A stretch of DNA of 64,000 nucleotides from the human T2T-CHM13v2.0 reference genome, Homo sapiens, in NCBI RefSeq assembly GCF_009914755.1, contig NC_060929.1. One strand, given 5' to 3'. Numbering within the stretch: position 1 is the stretch's first letter; every line of letters begins with the position of its first letter. This document shows positions 12,358 through 28,059 of this stretch, piece after piece. The notes under the pieces were generated by a model, which did no database searches, was not told where the DNA came from, and saw nothing but the letters and a program-made list of their open reading frames with translations. A program made the position numbers and the translations under genes.

Positions 12358-13484
12358 TCTTTTATTTAGATAACCCATTCTACTTTAAATAATACATTTA
12401 GTTAAATTATAAATTACTGCATTACACTATTGATTTGTTAAAATCACCCTGCATGTTGTGGTCCTCCTGAATTTCATATACCACTGGGGATATAAATGGG
12501 TTTTCTTATTTTGAGAATTATTCAATAATTTCACTTATTAAAATGTTTTATTTAGAACTCATTCAACCAGATGAGTTATGTCCATTGTTTACCAAGGTAT
12601 CAGCTGCCTTACATGAAATTTATTCTTGATTTCTTTTGCTGTATTATTTTACAATAGATTCTTATTTCTAAATTATAAAATCAAATGTGTTATGCATTGA
12701 AATCACTATTTTTATTACAAAAACCAGATATTACCTGTATGTAAAAATTTGCAAATGTGACGCACCAAGAAAATAAAATTACTTATATTAATGCCCAGAA
12801 CTTTGCTCATTTCTTCAGCATGCAAATATTTATTGGGTGCCTCATATTATCTAGGAACAATTTTAGACACCGAGACTCTTACTGAGCAAAATTCACACAA
12901 TTTCATCTCCATACAGATATTAAAAATGAGGTTGATGTAATTATTTGAACATTTTATTCCCATATTTAAAAGACTGGTCGTGTACTCCCGGTATGTATGT
13001 ATTGTATATTTATATGTATTGTTATGGGAAATTTATAATATATTTGCAACATTATAGAACACAACTGTTTTTCTTCTTCTTCTTTCTTTTACATACTTCC
13101 AAAACTTTCTTAAGATCTGGGTCTCAGCAGACAACTTAGAATGCAACAATGACTATTTAATTTTCCCAGAAAATGGAAAGTGTATTGCTTCCAGAGTTCC
13201 TGTGGACCATAGCCAGTTTTATCTTAGGCTTCAAGTCTGCACAGAAGTATTTTCCATCTTAATAAGGAACATTAAAGACAAATGAAGAAAATTAAAAGAA
13301 AACTCAAAAATTAAGGTCTATGAGAAAACACATAGCATATGAAAACCACTTGCTCCATTGTTTTTAATTTTATAAACTAAAAGAAGTAGAAAATATTATT
13401 TCCAAGGAAATGTGATACAAGTGAGGAAATTTATAAACTGCAGATGAGAAAACTGGGATGCAGATTTCTATTAATGTTATAATT

Positions 13485-13704
13485 CAGGTATTGGCAAACT
13501 TCTGAGAAAGACCAAATTGTACACATTTTAGGCTTTGTGGAGCTTAAGGTCTCTGTCGCAACTATTCAACTCTGCCATTGTAGCTCACAAGAAGTCATAA
13601 CCAATATGTAACCAAATGGGTATGACTATGTTCCAATAGTGCCATATTTACAAAATCAGGAAATGACCTGGATTTGACTAGGGGCCATAGATTGCTGACC
13701 CCTA
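13485..13704 (-). mobile_element. MER58A (hAT-Charlie) non-autonomous DNA transposon
   Basis: TIR-like ends 'caggtattggcaaact' and 'tgctgacccct'; internal 'gtctctgtcgcaactattcaactctgccattgtagc' matches the reverse complement of the MER58A consensus. Confidence 0.85.
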
Positions 13705-13927
13705 AAATCTGAAGATTCTTTTAACAGTATCTTTAGAGAGGTGAAGTGAAAATATATATTTATAAAGTCACTGATAATTGGATATTGGCGTCAGACTTTC
13801 CCCATCTTTAAAACTGTTATGTTTGTTTAATTTTTTCCCCAAATATATGAAGTGTTTTAAAATCAACTTTGGAATCCACTGAGATAATAAGACATTATGA
13901 CGTCCAGAGAGCTTTCTCCATCCTTTA

Positions 13928-14590
<663 letters not shown>

Positions 14591-16696
14591 ATACTGTAGG
14601 AAACACTGCATCCCAGAGTGAGGAACAGGCACGCATCTACACTGACCTATATCATTAGGGGCTCTGCAGTAATATCCCCAGTGTGGCTCGTGTACGTTTC
14701 CCACTCTGCTGATTAATGAACACAGCATTTCAGCAGATGCCTGCTCTGACTTTCAGCACTTAGAGACAGGCAGATAGGTGACAGAGAAAGAAAAACAAAA
14801 GCCATACTACCATGACAGCTTCTAATCTCGGATCTTGAATGTATCTGGTCTCATGGAAGTAAATCTGACAACCTTTCTATTTTTAAAATTTATGATGACG
14901 ATGATGATGATTTTTCTTCTTTCACCCTGGCTCTGTCTGTCTTAGGAGTTGTGATGCTCTTATGATAGGTGAAAAATAGGTTAACATTGAACTGTAAGAC
15001 CTGATGCAGTTAGCTTTCATTCTTACAACCAGCCATCCAAATGATAGAGGAAAAGATCTTAGCACCTGTGCAGCTGCTCATCAACACTGATTTTCTCAAA
15101 TGATAAATAAACTGCCCTCTATTTGCTGGTGTGAACACGTAGATGAATATTGACTTAGACAGATGCTGAGCTCCTTTAATTTCATAAATTGCATTGTGTT
15201 CCTTCTCCACTGCAAGCAGAATCCTTATCGCTTCTTATGCAGCTAATCGTTTATTGCTTATTAAACTGCTAATAAAATCCAGAAACTATATTGCTTTACT
15301 GATTAATACAGCTCATGAAGAAATGTGTGTAATTCTAGGCTTTCAAAGTCACTCATTCTGAATTGAAGGTTATATATCAAAGGCAGTGAAAATAACATAG
15401 TACTTTCATTTCTCATTTAATCTCAGAAAGTTATGTTTTCCATTTATTTCATTTAACATGATTTTGTAGTGAATATTTATCCAAATGCAACATCAGTGAC
15501 AGAGAAGCATATGAAATAATGACACTATGTAAGTAAAGGAAGTCACATCTGCTTGTCAAGTTAGGTTTTTGGCAATAAACATAAATTTGTCAAGGTACTC
15601 TATCGCACTTTGCATCATTATGGTTTGGAAGAAAAATCAATAATGCATTTGTAAGGGTTGTATTCACTGAAATTAAACAAAGCAACAGTCTCTGGTGAGG
15701 CTGCACTTTAGGTGAACTCACAATGGAAAGTTATGGGAAAATTTAATGACAAAACCTATAGCTTTATAGATTGAGAAGCTAATCAAATAGTAACAGAAAC
15801 CTTGAAAGTAAATAGATATCATACCTACATTATATTGAATATACCATACAAAATAAATATTTATCTGTTATAGCCATAATGTATTAGAAAATACTAAAAA
15901 ATAATTAGCTCTCAAGTAGCTATTGCAAATTTCCTTGTAGGCATTTGAATTAGATTATATAAAAATTAGTATCATCTGAAATGTTTTTGGATCAGAGTTC
16001 CACAAATGTCCACTTTTGTGTGTTAAACAGTCTTTGTGAAGTATGTATTTGGAAAGAGATATTGCTTTATTTTAAGTCAAATTAAGTGAGAAAAAAGAAA
16101 AGGAAAGAATAAATAAAAGAAAGACCTGAGTGTGAAAGGAAAAAAAAAACTTTGTTTTTAAAATTGTTTGTTTTGTTATTAGCAGGGATATCCCTGAAGG
16201 AAAGTGTATCTTTTCTAAGAATTTACAATAGGATATCTACCCCAATCTGTTCAGGAACGTGTGCATTAGAAATACTGGCTGATGTTGCTATATCTTTCTT
16301 CAAGTGGAACACAGTGATTTACAACCCTACCAAAAGTCTCGGAGAGCCCATAGTCCTTTATCCTCCAGAATCCTCTTTACTTCAGACTTTTTGATCCTTA
16401 CCAGCCTAATAATAGTTGGTATTTGATTTTAATTTTTAATTGTATGCTATTATTTTTATCTCTTTTTCAGTGAGAGATGTATACATTTGCTAGGGCTGCC
16501 ATAAAAATTTTACAAAGCCACCCATAAACTGGGCGGCTTCAACAGCAGAAATTTATTGTCTCACATTCTGGTGAAATTAAGGTGTTGCTAGGGCTGATTT
16601 CTTCTGAGGGCTATGAGAAAGAATCAGGTGCATGACTCTCCTTGCTTTTAGTGGCTTCATGCTTTCCTTGGCTCATACACGATATGCTCCCTGTGA

Positions 16697-17051
<355 letters not shown>

Positions 17052-17061
17052 TCATTTTTCA

Positions 17062-17413
<352 letters not shown>

Positions 17414-17753
17414 TCATTTGTGTTAGATTAGGCCCTATCTTAATAACCTCAGTTTGACTTGATTGCCTCTACAAAGACCCTATTTTTAAAAATAAAGGTC
17501 ACATTCTGAAGTATAAAGAGACTCAGCATGTCTTATTTTGGGGAGGTACACAATTAAATGTATCACAGGATAATATAACTTTTCCTTAAATGTTAAGGGC
17601 TTTATAGCTAGTATATAGTTGTCAGATGTATTGTGAATATTATTTCCAGGTTGGTATATGTCCTATGATTGGTTTGTGGAATACTATTGCCATAGAAGTT
17701 TCCATTTTTCATGGTCTGATTTGTTGTTCTTTCCATGAAGATTTCTCTGTGTT

Positions 17754-17948
17754 AAAGAAGGAAACCATAGACACTGGGTTCTACTTGAGGGTGGAGGGTG
17801 GGAGGAGGGAGAGGAGCAGGAAAGGTAACTATTGGGTACTGGGTTTAATTCCTGGATGATGAAATAATGTATACAACAACCCGGTGACATGAGTTTACCT
17901 ATGTAACAAACCTTCATATGTATCCCCAAACATAAAAGTTAAAAAAAC
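17754..17948 (+). mobile_element. 5'-truncated L1PA 3' end inside an older minus-strand L1 fragment
   Basis: G-rich 'ggagggtgggaggaggg' and 'tttacctatgtaacaaacct'; perfect 16-bp TSD aagatttctctgtgtt at 17738-17753 and 17949-17964. Confidence 0.92.
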
Positions 17949-18792
17949 AAGATTTCTCTGTGTTTTGTCTATTTTCTAATGTTTTTCTCTAGTACTGTCA
18001 TTTCATTTTTATGCAAATTTTCAATCATTTTGGAATGTATCTTGACATACAGGATAAGGTAGATATTCAGCTGTATTTTACCTAGTAGATGTGCTAATTG
18101 TCCTAATATCTTGTATTGACTAATTCATGTAATAATGTTATATAATATAACAAGGGAAAATATTTATTGAATTTGACTATGTTCTAAACTACAGACACTC
18201 TTCTAAAAACTTTATGTTATCAGTCATTTAATACTTTAAAAACCCCTCCATTGTTTTTATCATGTGCATTTCACTGATGAAGAAACTGAGACAGAAAAGA
18301 ATTCTGCCTGCCTATCCCATGGCTCCAAGCCTGTGCATTCACCCTAGCTGGGAAAACGTCCAAGAACTCCTCATGCTTCAGAAAAGAATATCCCTCCAAC
18401 AGTATGCACTAAAAATTACTCTGTATCCATCAAGTAATAACTTGTGAGGATGCTTATGTTTCTCTTTGCTATGCCATCCAACAGTTTTACTAAATGGCAT
18501 CAATTTTACCTAGTGTAAGATGTATTAATATTGAGTTATATGCATCTTAATAGAAATATAACTTTGAAGAGGAGTAAAAATCTAATAGATGAGCCTTCCA
18601 GCATCACTCAGATGATAGGAGGAACAACAAAGGAAGGTGTTTTTGTTCATTTCCCTTGGACTTGTCCTTAGCTTCTTTCCTTTTTCCCAGCTACCCATTC
18701 TACTGGGGTCCTAGACTGTGGCAATTCAACTCCAAGTGCCCAAAGGATGTCAAAATTAGCCTTGGGACAATGCCACAATGCCACATTTCTAC

Positions 18793-19089
18793 TTTTTTTT
18801 TTTTTTTTAAGATGGATTTTTGCTCTTGTTGTCCAGGCTAGAGTGCAATGTCACGATCTCGGCTCACTGCAATCTCTGCCTCCGAAGTTCAAGCAATTCT
18901 CCTGCCTCAGCCTCTGGAGAGCTGGGATTATAGGCGCCCACCACCATGCCTGGCTAATTTTTTTATTTTTAGTAGAGATAGAGTTTTACTATGTTGGCCA
19001 GGCTGGTCTTGAACTCCTGACCTCAGGTGATCCGTCCGTCTTGGCCTCCCAAAGTGTGGGATTACAGGCGTGAGCCACCGTGCTGGGCC
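18793..19089 (-). mobile_element. AluS
   Basis: Poly-T plus reverse-complement Alu. Confidence 0.96.
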
Positions 19090-19099
19090 TTCTGCTCTT

Positions 19100-19218
19100 T
19101 ATATATATATGTATATGTGTATATACGTATATACATACGTATGTATATATACACATATAATAATTATATGTATATATACACATATAATAATTATATGTGT
19201 ATATATACATATAATAAT
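19100..19218. repeat. TA-rich low-complexity tract including ~3 copies of a 27-bp unit
   Basis: 'atatatacacatataataattatatgt' repeated. Confidence 0.85.
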
Positions 19219-19735
19219 CAGTAAATTGTTAGGCATTAGGCTATCTTCTATGTCAAAAGTCTCATTCCCATGTGATAAAATGTGAAGATTAATTACTTTG
19301 GTAAAAATGAAGAATAATTATACTGAAAAATCTTTTATATCAACGATACTTTACCAAAAGTTCATAATAAGAAGAAATAAAAAGGTAAACAAAGGGGGCA
19401 GGGGATAATATACATCTTACTGGCCTGTATTAGACAACGTGAATACACTATAATCTACTTTTCCTATGGGTCCATGAGGAGATACACACGAAGATTTTTA
19501 TCATTATATTTTTTGTTGTAACAAATAGAAGAGTCACATATCTGTGCATCACTAAAGCAGCAGGGATATAAAATGTGTTACAGGCATAAGATGAGATACT
19601 ATAAAGCAATCAGAAGTAATGAACTAAATTTACATGCAGCAACATGGATAGAGCTCAAAACTATAATGTTCAGTAATAGCATGGAACTGAGCAATATTTT
19701 TAACAAATATAATTTTTGCAATTAAGAATAATGCA

Positions 19736-20091
19736 TGATATTGTTTGGCTGTGTTCCCACCCAAATCTCAATTTGAATTGTAATAATCCCCATGTGTCAA
19801 GAGCAGGGCCAGGAGGAGATAACTGAATCATAGGGGCAATTTCCCCCATACTGTTCTCCTAGTAGTGAATAAGTCTCATGAGATCTGATGGTTTTATAAA
19901 GGGCAGTTCCCCTGCACAAGCCTTCTTGCGGGCTGCCATGTAAGATGTCCCTTTGCTCTTCCTTCGTCTTCTGCCACGACTGTGAGGACTCCCCAGCTAT
20001 GTGGAACTGTGAGTCTATTAAATCTCTTTCCTTTATAAATTACCCAGTGTTGGGTATGTCTTTATCAGCAGCATGAAAACAGATTAATACA
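19736..20091 (+). mobile_element. THE1 solo LTR (MaLR)
   Basis: 'tgatattgtttggctgtgttcccacccaaatctc...gattaataca'; 5-bp TSD ATGCA on both sides. Confidence 0.93.
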
Positions 20092-20814
20092 ATGCATAGT
20101 CAAAAAGATAATATTTTTATGATACTCATAAGGAAAAGTATGAAGAGTATAGTAGAAGGATTGGTATACTCTGGAATGATTGTTTTTAGACACGTGAAGG
20201 CGTGGGGAAGAGGGATGAAGATAAAATACCATAAGGAATCAGAATTGTGGCATCTTGCCATGAGGCTAGTGAGCCATGACCTGAGGTATATGATCAACTC
20301 AATTTTGTACAGCTGGGCTCTGACAGAGAGAAAAAAGTAGATAGGAACTCATCATATGGGCAACTTAAGCCTGAAGTTTAACACTTAGACATAGAGTGAT
20401 TTTATTGCTGTGGAAATTCCATCCTGAGTGATAACACAGATGACAAATAATGACAGGTTGTAGATGCCTTCTCAGTAATAATATGTCTTATGTCACATTA
20501 GGCTCATAATGAATTTGGAAGGGATTTGGAGCACTGATCCAGGTTTTTTCAGCAACCCCCATTAGAAAATGAAAGCTGTATGTATTGCATTACTTTAAAA
20601 AATATAAAAATATTACAGATTTGATACAACTATTTTTATACTTTACAATGCATATTTTGAAAAAGAAAAGTTTATAAATTTTTACCAAGCGATTACCAGA
20701 ATATTTTGAGACAAATACTGGATAAGAAGAAACATCATTAAAGGGTGTGAAAAAATACTACCTACTTTATAAGGGGCTGATCATCATAATTCATTTTACT
20801 CTTTATGATATTTG

Positions 20815-21313
20815 GAATTTGGGGGAGACAATTTTCCATGCATCTCTTGTGTTTCTGTATAGCCTGCAAATGCGGTACTAACTGGCCTTTGGTTCTGAAC
20901 CATGTTTTCAAGGATGGAAGACAGAAATGAATTCTTTCACTGGAGCGAAGGGTAGGTCTAGTTACAGCTTTGGGAGATAGAGATAACATCCCCCTCCAGA
21001 GCAAAAGTCAAGCATGCCTACTGCCCATTATAAATGATTCAGAATTTCCAAGTTCAGGAGTCCTCTGCTGTAATGCAACTACTGCATGTGCAGGTGTCAC
21101 TTGGTCTTTTTCACATCACCTTATGGGATTTCAGGTTCAGGGAACAAGCACAAAACATGCTGATAATACTGTTTACTGCTGTCACTATGAGTAATGAAGT
21201 ACATTGCCTCTGACCTGTCAGTTTCATGCCTTCTACCAGCATCCATGAACCCAGCATGCTAAGCTGTTAGCTCACAAGCAGGCTGACATCTTAAGCACTT
21301 TACAGTCCTTAAC
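20815..21313 (+). mobile_element. LTR40-like solo LTR (ERVL)
   Basis: 'gggagacaattttccatg...ttttcaaggatg...gggagatagagataacatcccc'; homologous to 32826-33273. Confidence 0.7.
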
Positions 21314-21443
21314 AGTAATCAAGAGGAAAACAATTGGAAACACTCTGAATTTTGATTTTTGTTTGTATCTGTACCTATACCACAAAAAGTATATTTTATT
21401 TATTGAAGACTGTTGAAGAAAGTACTCAGATTATCAAAGGTAT

Positions 21444-22725
21444 TGTAGAGGAGGCAAAACTCAAGTTCTGTCCTCATAGAGTCCCAGCTTAGTGAAAAAT
21501 TCAATTGACATAAGACAGATTAGCAGGAAAAAAGGGCACATATTTACATAACATAAGTTTTACCTGGCACAGAAAGAAGCCCTCATAAGGACAGGAAAAC
21601 CGAAAGAAGTAGTTGGAGTCACTTACATAGTGAACTGGGCAAATAATAGTACATTTTGAAATTAGACAAGGTAAAAGGGCCTGGACTAGGGTAGTTAATT
21701 TGGCAGAAAAGGGACTGGGAAGATAAAGTTTAGTTTAACAAGATTTGTTTGTGCATATTTCCCTAGGCTTCAATCTCCTGTCCTTCATAATAAAATGCTA
21801 GTTTCTTTTTGGTATAGGGAGGACATCTTTCCTATGAGAGTTTTATCTCCTGTTTTTAAGCAACAGAATAAACACCAGCATAAACATCTTGCACCTGCTG
21901 TGTTTTGTTTAAGTGCCTTTAATTCAAAATAGCCAATATGCCAGAGCACCCTATTTAGGGGTCCTTCTTCAGGGTGAACCTCTTCTTCATCTGACAGGTT
22001 CTTCCTGCTGGTGAACACACAAAGACAATGGCATGACAGAAAAGGAAAAGTTTAATAGACATGAGGCCAGGTACGCTACATGGGAGACAGGGGTAGTACT
22101 CAAATCAATCTCCCCAAAGGCTTGGATGTTAGAAGTTTTTCAAAGGTAATTTGGGGGAAGGGGTGGGGGTGGCTAGGCAATAGGCACTCACTTCTGATTG
22201 GAAGACAGTGCAATCATAGGGTTGTGGGAAATGGTCCTCCTGTGCTCTTCCTTGCTTCTAGGTGGGGCTACAGGAGTGTTTGGTGGGTCCAGATGGAGTA
22301 ATCAGTGTCATACATGCAAAATACCTGAAAAGATATCTCAAAAGGCCAATCATAGGTGCTACAATAGTGATGTTATCTGCAGAAGCAATTGGGGAAGTTG
22401 CAAATCTTGTGACCTTGGGAATAATGTTTGGTAATCATTTATGTCTACACCTTAGCAGATTTCAGGCTCCTCTATCCTCCTAGCCTGGTGGTCTCTCATT
22501 AATGTTACAAAGGCGGTTCAGTTTTGGGGAAAGGCTATCATCATTTAAACTATAAACTAAATGTCTCCCAAAGTTAGCTTGGCTTAAGCCCAAAATAATT
22601 AAAGACAACTTGAAGGCTAAGGGCAAGAGAGAGGTTGGTCATATCAGATCTCCCTCACTGCCATAATTTTCTCACTGTATAGTTTTCACAAAGGCAGTTT
22701 CAGTGGCATATTCTTAACTCCTTGA
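21444..22725 (-). mobile_element. MER34/MER39-like ERV1 LTR hosting a nested LTR
   Basis: 'aattgacataagacagattagcagg...', 'aattcaaaatagccaatatgcc'; terminal 'gtggcatattct' resumes at 22703. Confidence 0.6.
21965..22702 (-). mobile_element. LTR8/LTR26-like ERV1 solo LTR nested in the older LTR
   Basis: Reverse complement begins 'tgaaactgcctttgtgaaaa...gccaagctaactttgggagacatttagtttatagtttaa'. Confidence 0.7.
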
Positions 22726-24700
22726 GTGCGCAACCATGGATTCTACAAAGAGAGTTGAAATAGTTACTCAACTATATTCCATGATCTGAGTACTTCAAAA
22801 TGTTCCCCAAATCATTACTTTCCTTTTATTTTCTTGGGTGGGTGGGTGGTGGTATTTATTCATTGCCCTTTCCTGTGATCTCCTTTCAAGAAATACCACT
22901 ATGGAGGTAACACTCTTGTTACAACCAAATACATATTTATTTGTCAACTGATTCTCTTAGATGACACTAACAAAATGGGCTAAAGAGAGATATACCTTTA
23001 AAAGTTGCTCTTTATTGTACAATAAATTAAACATAAAAATTTAGGTAAGAAGAGCATGGATTATATGTAGCTGCTTTCCCGTTTTCCCTGAGACCAACCC
23101 TTTAGGCTCTGATCATAAATCTAGGAACGTTCTCTGTTCTCTATACTTTGTTGAATAATTCAATTTGCGTTTCACTATGCATTTGGTGCTCTTGGTTACA
23201 AGTGAATTTTTTCATTTACATAATCATATTCTGCCCACTTGAATATTCCCTGCACAGTTGCACTTTTATATAATATACTTGTTCACCATCTGTCCTCAAT
23301 TTTGGTCAAGAGATGCTTCATATTTTCCAACACTTTGCATGGTAATTGTGCTACCCCAAAAGTCATTTTTGTTAATACACATCTTGCTTATGTGGAAGAG
23401 ACACTTTCCGTTCTCACTGGCCAAAAGATGGCCTACCTTTGGAAGCTTTACATCTACCTATCATAAACAAAGAGAAAGTTCTTACAAAGCCATCAAATAT
23501 ATTTGAAATTTGAAATGCATGTATACATACACGGGTACTATAATTTTTATGAAGGAATTGCTTGAAATTAATGACTTTTCGTGTCTATATTACATGTATT
23601 TCTGTTCTAGAATTCATAGTAAAGTTAAAATAAGACATAAAAATAATGTAATATTACTCATATTATTTGAAAATCTTCTTCAAGTAATTCCCTATAACAT
23701 TATACAATAAAATATGAATGTATTTAGAAATTATTTAGAGGCCATTCAAGATTATCAGGTAAATTAAACTGCTCTGCTATTTGTTTGTTTTTCTGCTAAA
23801 ATGAAAGGATGAATAAAAGTATATAGCAAATCAAAATATTTTGTAATTGAAAAAAAACACTTCAACTTAACTGAATACATTTCCTGACTTTTTCTAAAAA
23901 GCTCTCTGATGTGAGAACTCTTGATAAGCCTGGGATGCTTTTTCCCTAGGACAAGGGGAAAAAGTTTTCTATTTCAAACTCTCTAATTTTCTATTTCAAA
24001 GAGAAGAAAAACATATTTTTCTTGTTTTTTCTTTTTGATGCATTCATATGTGTATACATACGCACACACATTTCTCTTCATTAAATTCAGCAGTTTTGGC
24101 CACACTTGCCACATACAACAAGCCCACTTTTGATTATGTTTTTTAGTCAGATGAGTACATGAGCTACTAATCCAAACACACGCTAATTTAAACTAAAAGG
24201 TCAGTAGAGTTATTTGAACTTCCTCTTCCTCTTGCTATAAGTATTTTGTAATATAGATTAATTTCATAGTCTGTCATGGTCGTTTTTTTTCCCCTCAACT
24301 CTTAATTGCATTTAAAAACTCTAACACTAAGATAATATCGATCTCCAAGCTCAGCAAAGCTGAATCAATATATTTATCAAAATAATTAGCCAAGTTTGCT
24401 AGCAATCTTGTCAGGGAGGCATAACAGTGTAATGGTCAGAGAAACGTTTTGAAGTAAAAATCCCTGCACATGATTACCCACTCTGTAACCTCCTGGCTAT
24501 ATGACTTTATGCTAGTCTTTTTCTATTTTGCAGCTAAATGTCTCTAAGCACAGATATACATTAAAGGGGCAGTTTAACAGAACGTTCATCTTATAATGTG
24601 AGAGAATATAAGCAAAGAGATGAGTACACCCCATGACACATAGTGAGCTTTCAATCAAGCATGGTCGTAGTTATTTTAACATTAAGATGAAATCATCATC

Positions 24701-25439
24701 TGAGGACTAAACTCCGATATTTTTGTCTTGTCCAGGTTCCTATCAAAGGGGCCTGGGGAGTCATGCCCTACAAATCATAAATTCTCATCAGATGGGTGTT
24801 ATTTAACCCTATATATCTGACTTACTTTACAATCTTACTCTGGCATAACATTACGAGACAAGGAAGAAAATGAAAATATTTTACCCCAAAACATGTTTCT
24901 TTGCCATATCTTGAAATCGCCCTTCAAAGTTGTCCTTTGTGGGGGAAAAATTTACATCTGTAAAGAATCTCTATTAACATAGCTAGATTTTTTTAATTCT
25001 AGGCTCTCCCAGTCCTAAAGAGATTAACTAAAAGTCTAGCACCTTTTCAACACTTGTCACCTATTGTCTCTAAGGGCAGCCATCAGAAGAATCTTGGTCT
25101 CCATGATCTTTCATCTTAACCTGAACATTTCCCTTTTATGATCCCAGGTCTTTAGATAAACTCACCAGTTATCAATCAGAAAATGTTTAAATTTACCTAT
25201 AGCCTGGAAGTCCCTGCTTGAGTTGTCCCACCTTTCTGGACCAAACCAATGTATTTCTTAAATATATTTGATTGACGTCTCATGCCTCCCTAAAATGTAT
25301 AAAACCAAGCTGCGCCCCAACCACCTTGGGCACATAGTCTCAGGACTTCCTGAGGGCTGTGTCACAGGCCATGGTTACTCATATTTGGCTCAGACTAAAT
25401 CTCAAATGTTTTACAGAGTTTGACTCTTTTCTTTGACCA
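24701..25439 (+). mobile_element. MER4 (D/E-like) solo LTR
   Basis: 'tgaggactaa...ggggagtcatgccctacaaatcataaattctcatcagatggg' and end 'ttttacagagtttgactctttt'. Confidence 0.88.
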
Positions 25440-27379
25440 AAAATACAGTTATTCTAATAAATATCAAAATAGAATAATTTCTTATTCTCTCTGCTTTTCC
25501 TCTTTGCTTTATTATAATCTCCCTTGCAATTATATAGGGGTCATTCCTATTTTAATAATATTTCACTATTCTCTGCTTTCCTCTGAGCTTTCTGCTTACT
25601 CTGACTTCAGCCAGTCAGAAGCAGTGGAGGGCCTCTGGAGAGCCGGAGGGAAAAACCTGGATATTTCTTCTTTTCCAATATGACATCAGGTGGCATCTCT
25701 AGCAGCTGGCTTGGAGTTTCCACAGAAGAGGTCTGCTTGGTTCCAGCTCTCACTGGGTGACCCAGCCCCAGTGTTTTAGAAATACTGCATCCCCACAGGA
25801 AACAGCAGTAGGAGCTTTTTGTTACGCTGCCTTACTATACCTAGTTGGGGTCTCAGCTATTCTACTTCCTATTATCAGTTCCCCGCATTGAATTCTGTCT
25901 GTTTCAAATGCTCTAGAATAGATTTTGTTTTCTTGGTTGGAGTGTGATTGGTACTGTGTGCCATTGAAACCTTCTTTTATATGCTATTCCTACATGATAT
26001 AAAAATATATCATTTTTTGTATGATCATTTTCTAATGATATAAAACTTCTTCTTTAGTCTTTACTCTGGGCATATTCTATCTTGCCCTTGATGACTCCTT
26101 TAGAGTTCTGGACAATTGGTTACACCTATAAATGTATCTAACTATAGAAAATAGTCACAAAGAATTAGATTCCTAAAGAAAATGAGTATAAAGGGGATCT
26201 CTTACATTATTAAACAGTCTCCTTATTCTCAATTGTTTATTGAGAATAAAACAATATTTTGTAACAACTGTTATCATGTAAACTGCTGCACATGTGTTAT
26301 TTGTTGTTTTTAAAAATAAAAGAATAAAGACTTCTTTTCTTCTTATATTGTTGCTTAATTTTTGGGGAAGAGTAGTGTTGTGGTTTCCATATATGGAATC
26401 AGTGTGTACATAAGGATTCTATTTGAAGCTACGTTATGTCAGATAGTTTCTTCCTTCACATTGATGTGCACAAAAGAAAATCCAGGATATTAGTACATTA
26501 CATACCATTTCTTTCTGAGAGGGAGAAATCAAGTAAGAGTGTCCAATCGCTTCACTTTGAAGAATAAGAAATAAAATAGATTCCCAGACAAAACAACACA
26601 GAGGATTTGAAAACAAAGAGGTGAAGATTTTGAAGCATTACTTGTTCATTGCAGCAACTGCAAATCTCAGGAGAACAATCTTGAGGCCAACAATCCAGGA
26701 ACAAAGAGGTTTAAAGTTTACATCTTGGTTTCAGTCAATAAATCCCAGGGTAATCTACATTCTCTTTTAACCACCCAGATAAACACTCTTTTATTTACAT
26801 AGATGCTATTTGATAGTATTCAAACACTATCAAATCTTAATGCTCTTGATAGTATTGACAACATGACTTTCAGTTATCTCCCAGGACTGCCTTTTATATA
26901 CAGACTGTGGAGCGCTATGCATTTTAACCAAAAGACTACGTTGTCTATTTCCATAATAGCTATGTTTATGGAATACATCTTAGTTCCTTGGTTTAACTTC
27001 ATTTTAGAAATTATAATTTATTCTTAATGTTTTCAGAACATTCACGTAGTTACAAACACATATTTTATACTCAGCTTCAAAAATGGATATGATAATAAGA
27101 TCAGAACCTGCATTGTAAGATTAGCAGCTAAAAAGACATTACAATATATTGCCATCAACTGCTTCACAGCACCAAGTTTTTTACTGGTTGTACTTCTGTT
27201 TGAATCTACCATTCATAAAATATACATTGGCTATAGTATTATGTGATGCATGTTGCGTTTCATTATTTGACAAATTGGAAATGCAATAAGTTTGATATCA
27301 GGGCTGATACCATTTCCTTTGTAGCAATATTTTAGCTTTGGGTTGTGACAAGGATAGGCACAATTTTGGTCCTCGCGAC

Positions 27380-27680
27380 TTTTTTTTTTTTTTTTTTTTT
27401 TTGAGACAGACTCTCGCCCTGTCACCAGGCTGGAATGCAGCGGTACAATCTCGGCTCACTGAAACCTCTGCCTCCCGGGTTCAAGCGATTCTTCTGCCTC
27501 AACCTCCCAAGCAGCTGGGACTGCAGGCACATGCCACCACACCCAAGTAATTTTTGTATTTTTAGTGGAGTCGGGGTTTCACCATGTTGGCCAGGATGGT
27601 CTTGATCTCTTGACCTTGTGATCCGCCTGGCTTGGCCTAGGAAAGTGCTGGGATTACAGGCATGAGCCACTGTGCCCGGC
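27380..27680 (-). mobile_element. AluS (Sc-like)
   Basis: TSD tggtcctcg(c/t)gac at 27367-27379 and 27681-27693. Confidence 0.97.
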
Positions 27681-28059
27681 TGGTCCTCGTGACTTTTATC
27701 TCCTCATGTCATATTCATGAACATGTTACATTATATAGCATAAGTGATTTTGCAGATGTAATTAAAGTTACTAACTAGTTAACTTTAAAAAAGGGAGAGC
27801 ACCTTAGTTTATATGGGTGGGACCAACCTAATCACATGAGCCCTTAAGAAAGCAGAGCTTCCTTTTCCTTTATGGCAGAAAAGGTAGTGAGAGATTTGGC
27901 AACGGGAAAAGTTAGAGAGGTTCAAAACATAAAGACACTACAGGCCATTGTTGGCTTGCAGATGAAAGGGGGCCATGTGTCAAGGAAATGGAAACATCAG
28001 TCCCACAGTTGAATTTACCTGAATTCTTCCAACAACCAATGCATTTAAGAAAAGAATCT

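Noticed and set aside
18747-19073. Alu-derived ORFs (also 27338, 30838, 31020, 33846, 35667, 38991, 54956, 55102, 60581, 61449)
   Set aside because: Classic Alu translations (e.g. [26 protein letters not shown]); not evidence of genes.
18989-19285. Low-complexity ORFs rich in Y/I/C/V/T/H (also 2187, 12172, 29125, 62106)
   Set aside because: Translations of microsatellites.
23964-24003. Short direct repeat ttttctatttcaaa (2 copies)
   Set aside because: Small AT-rich slippage duplication, common in genomic DNA.
25560-25960. Possible ancient LTR (LTR33/LTR41-like)
   Set aside because: Too degenerate to assign family or ends by eye.
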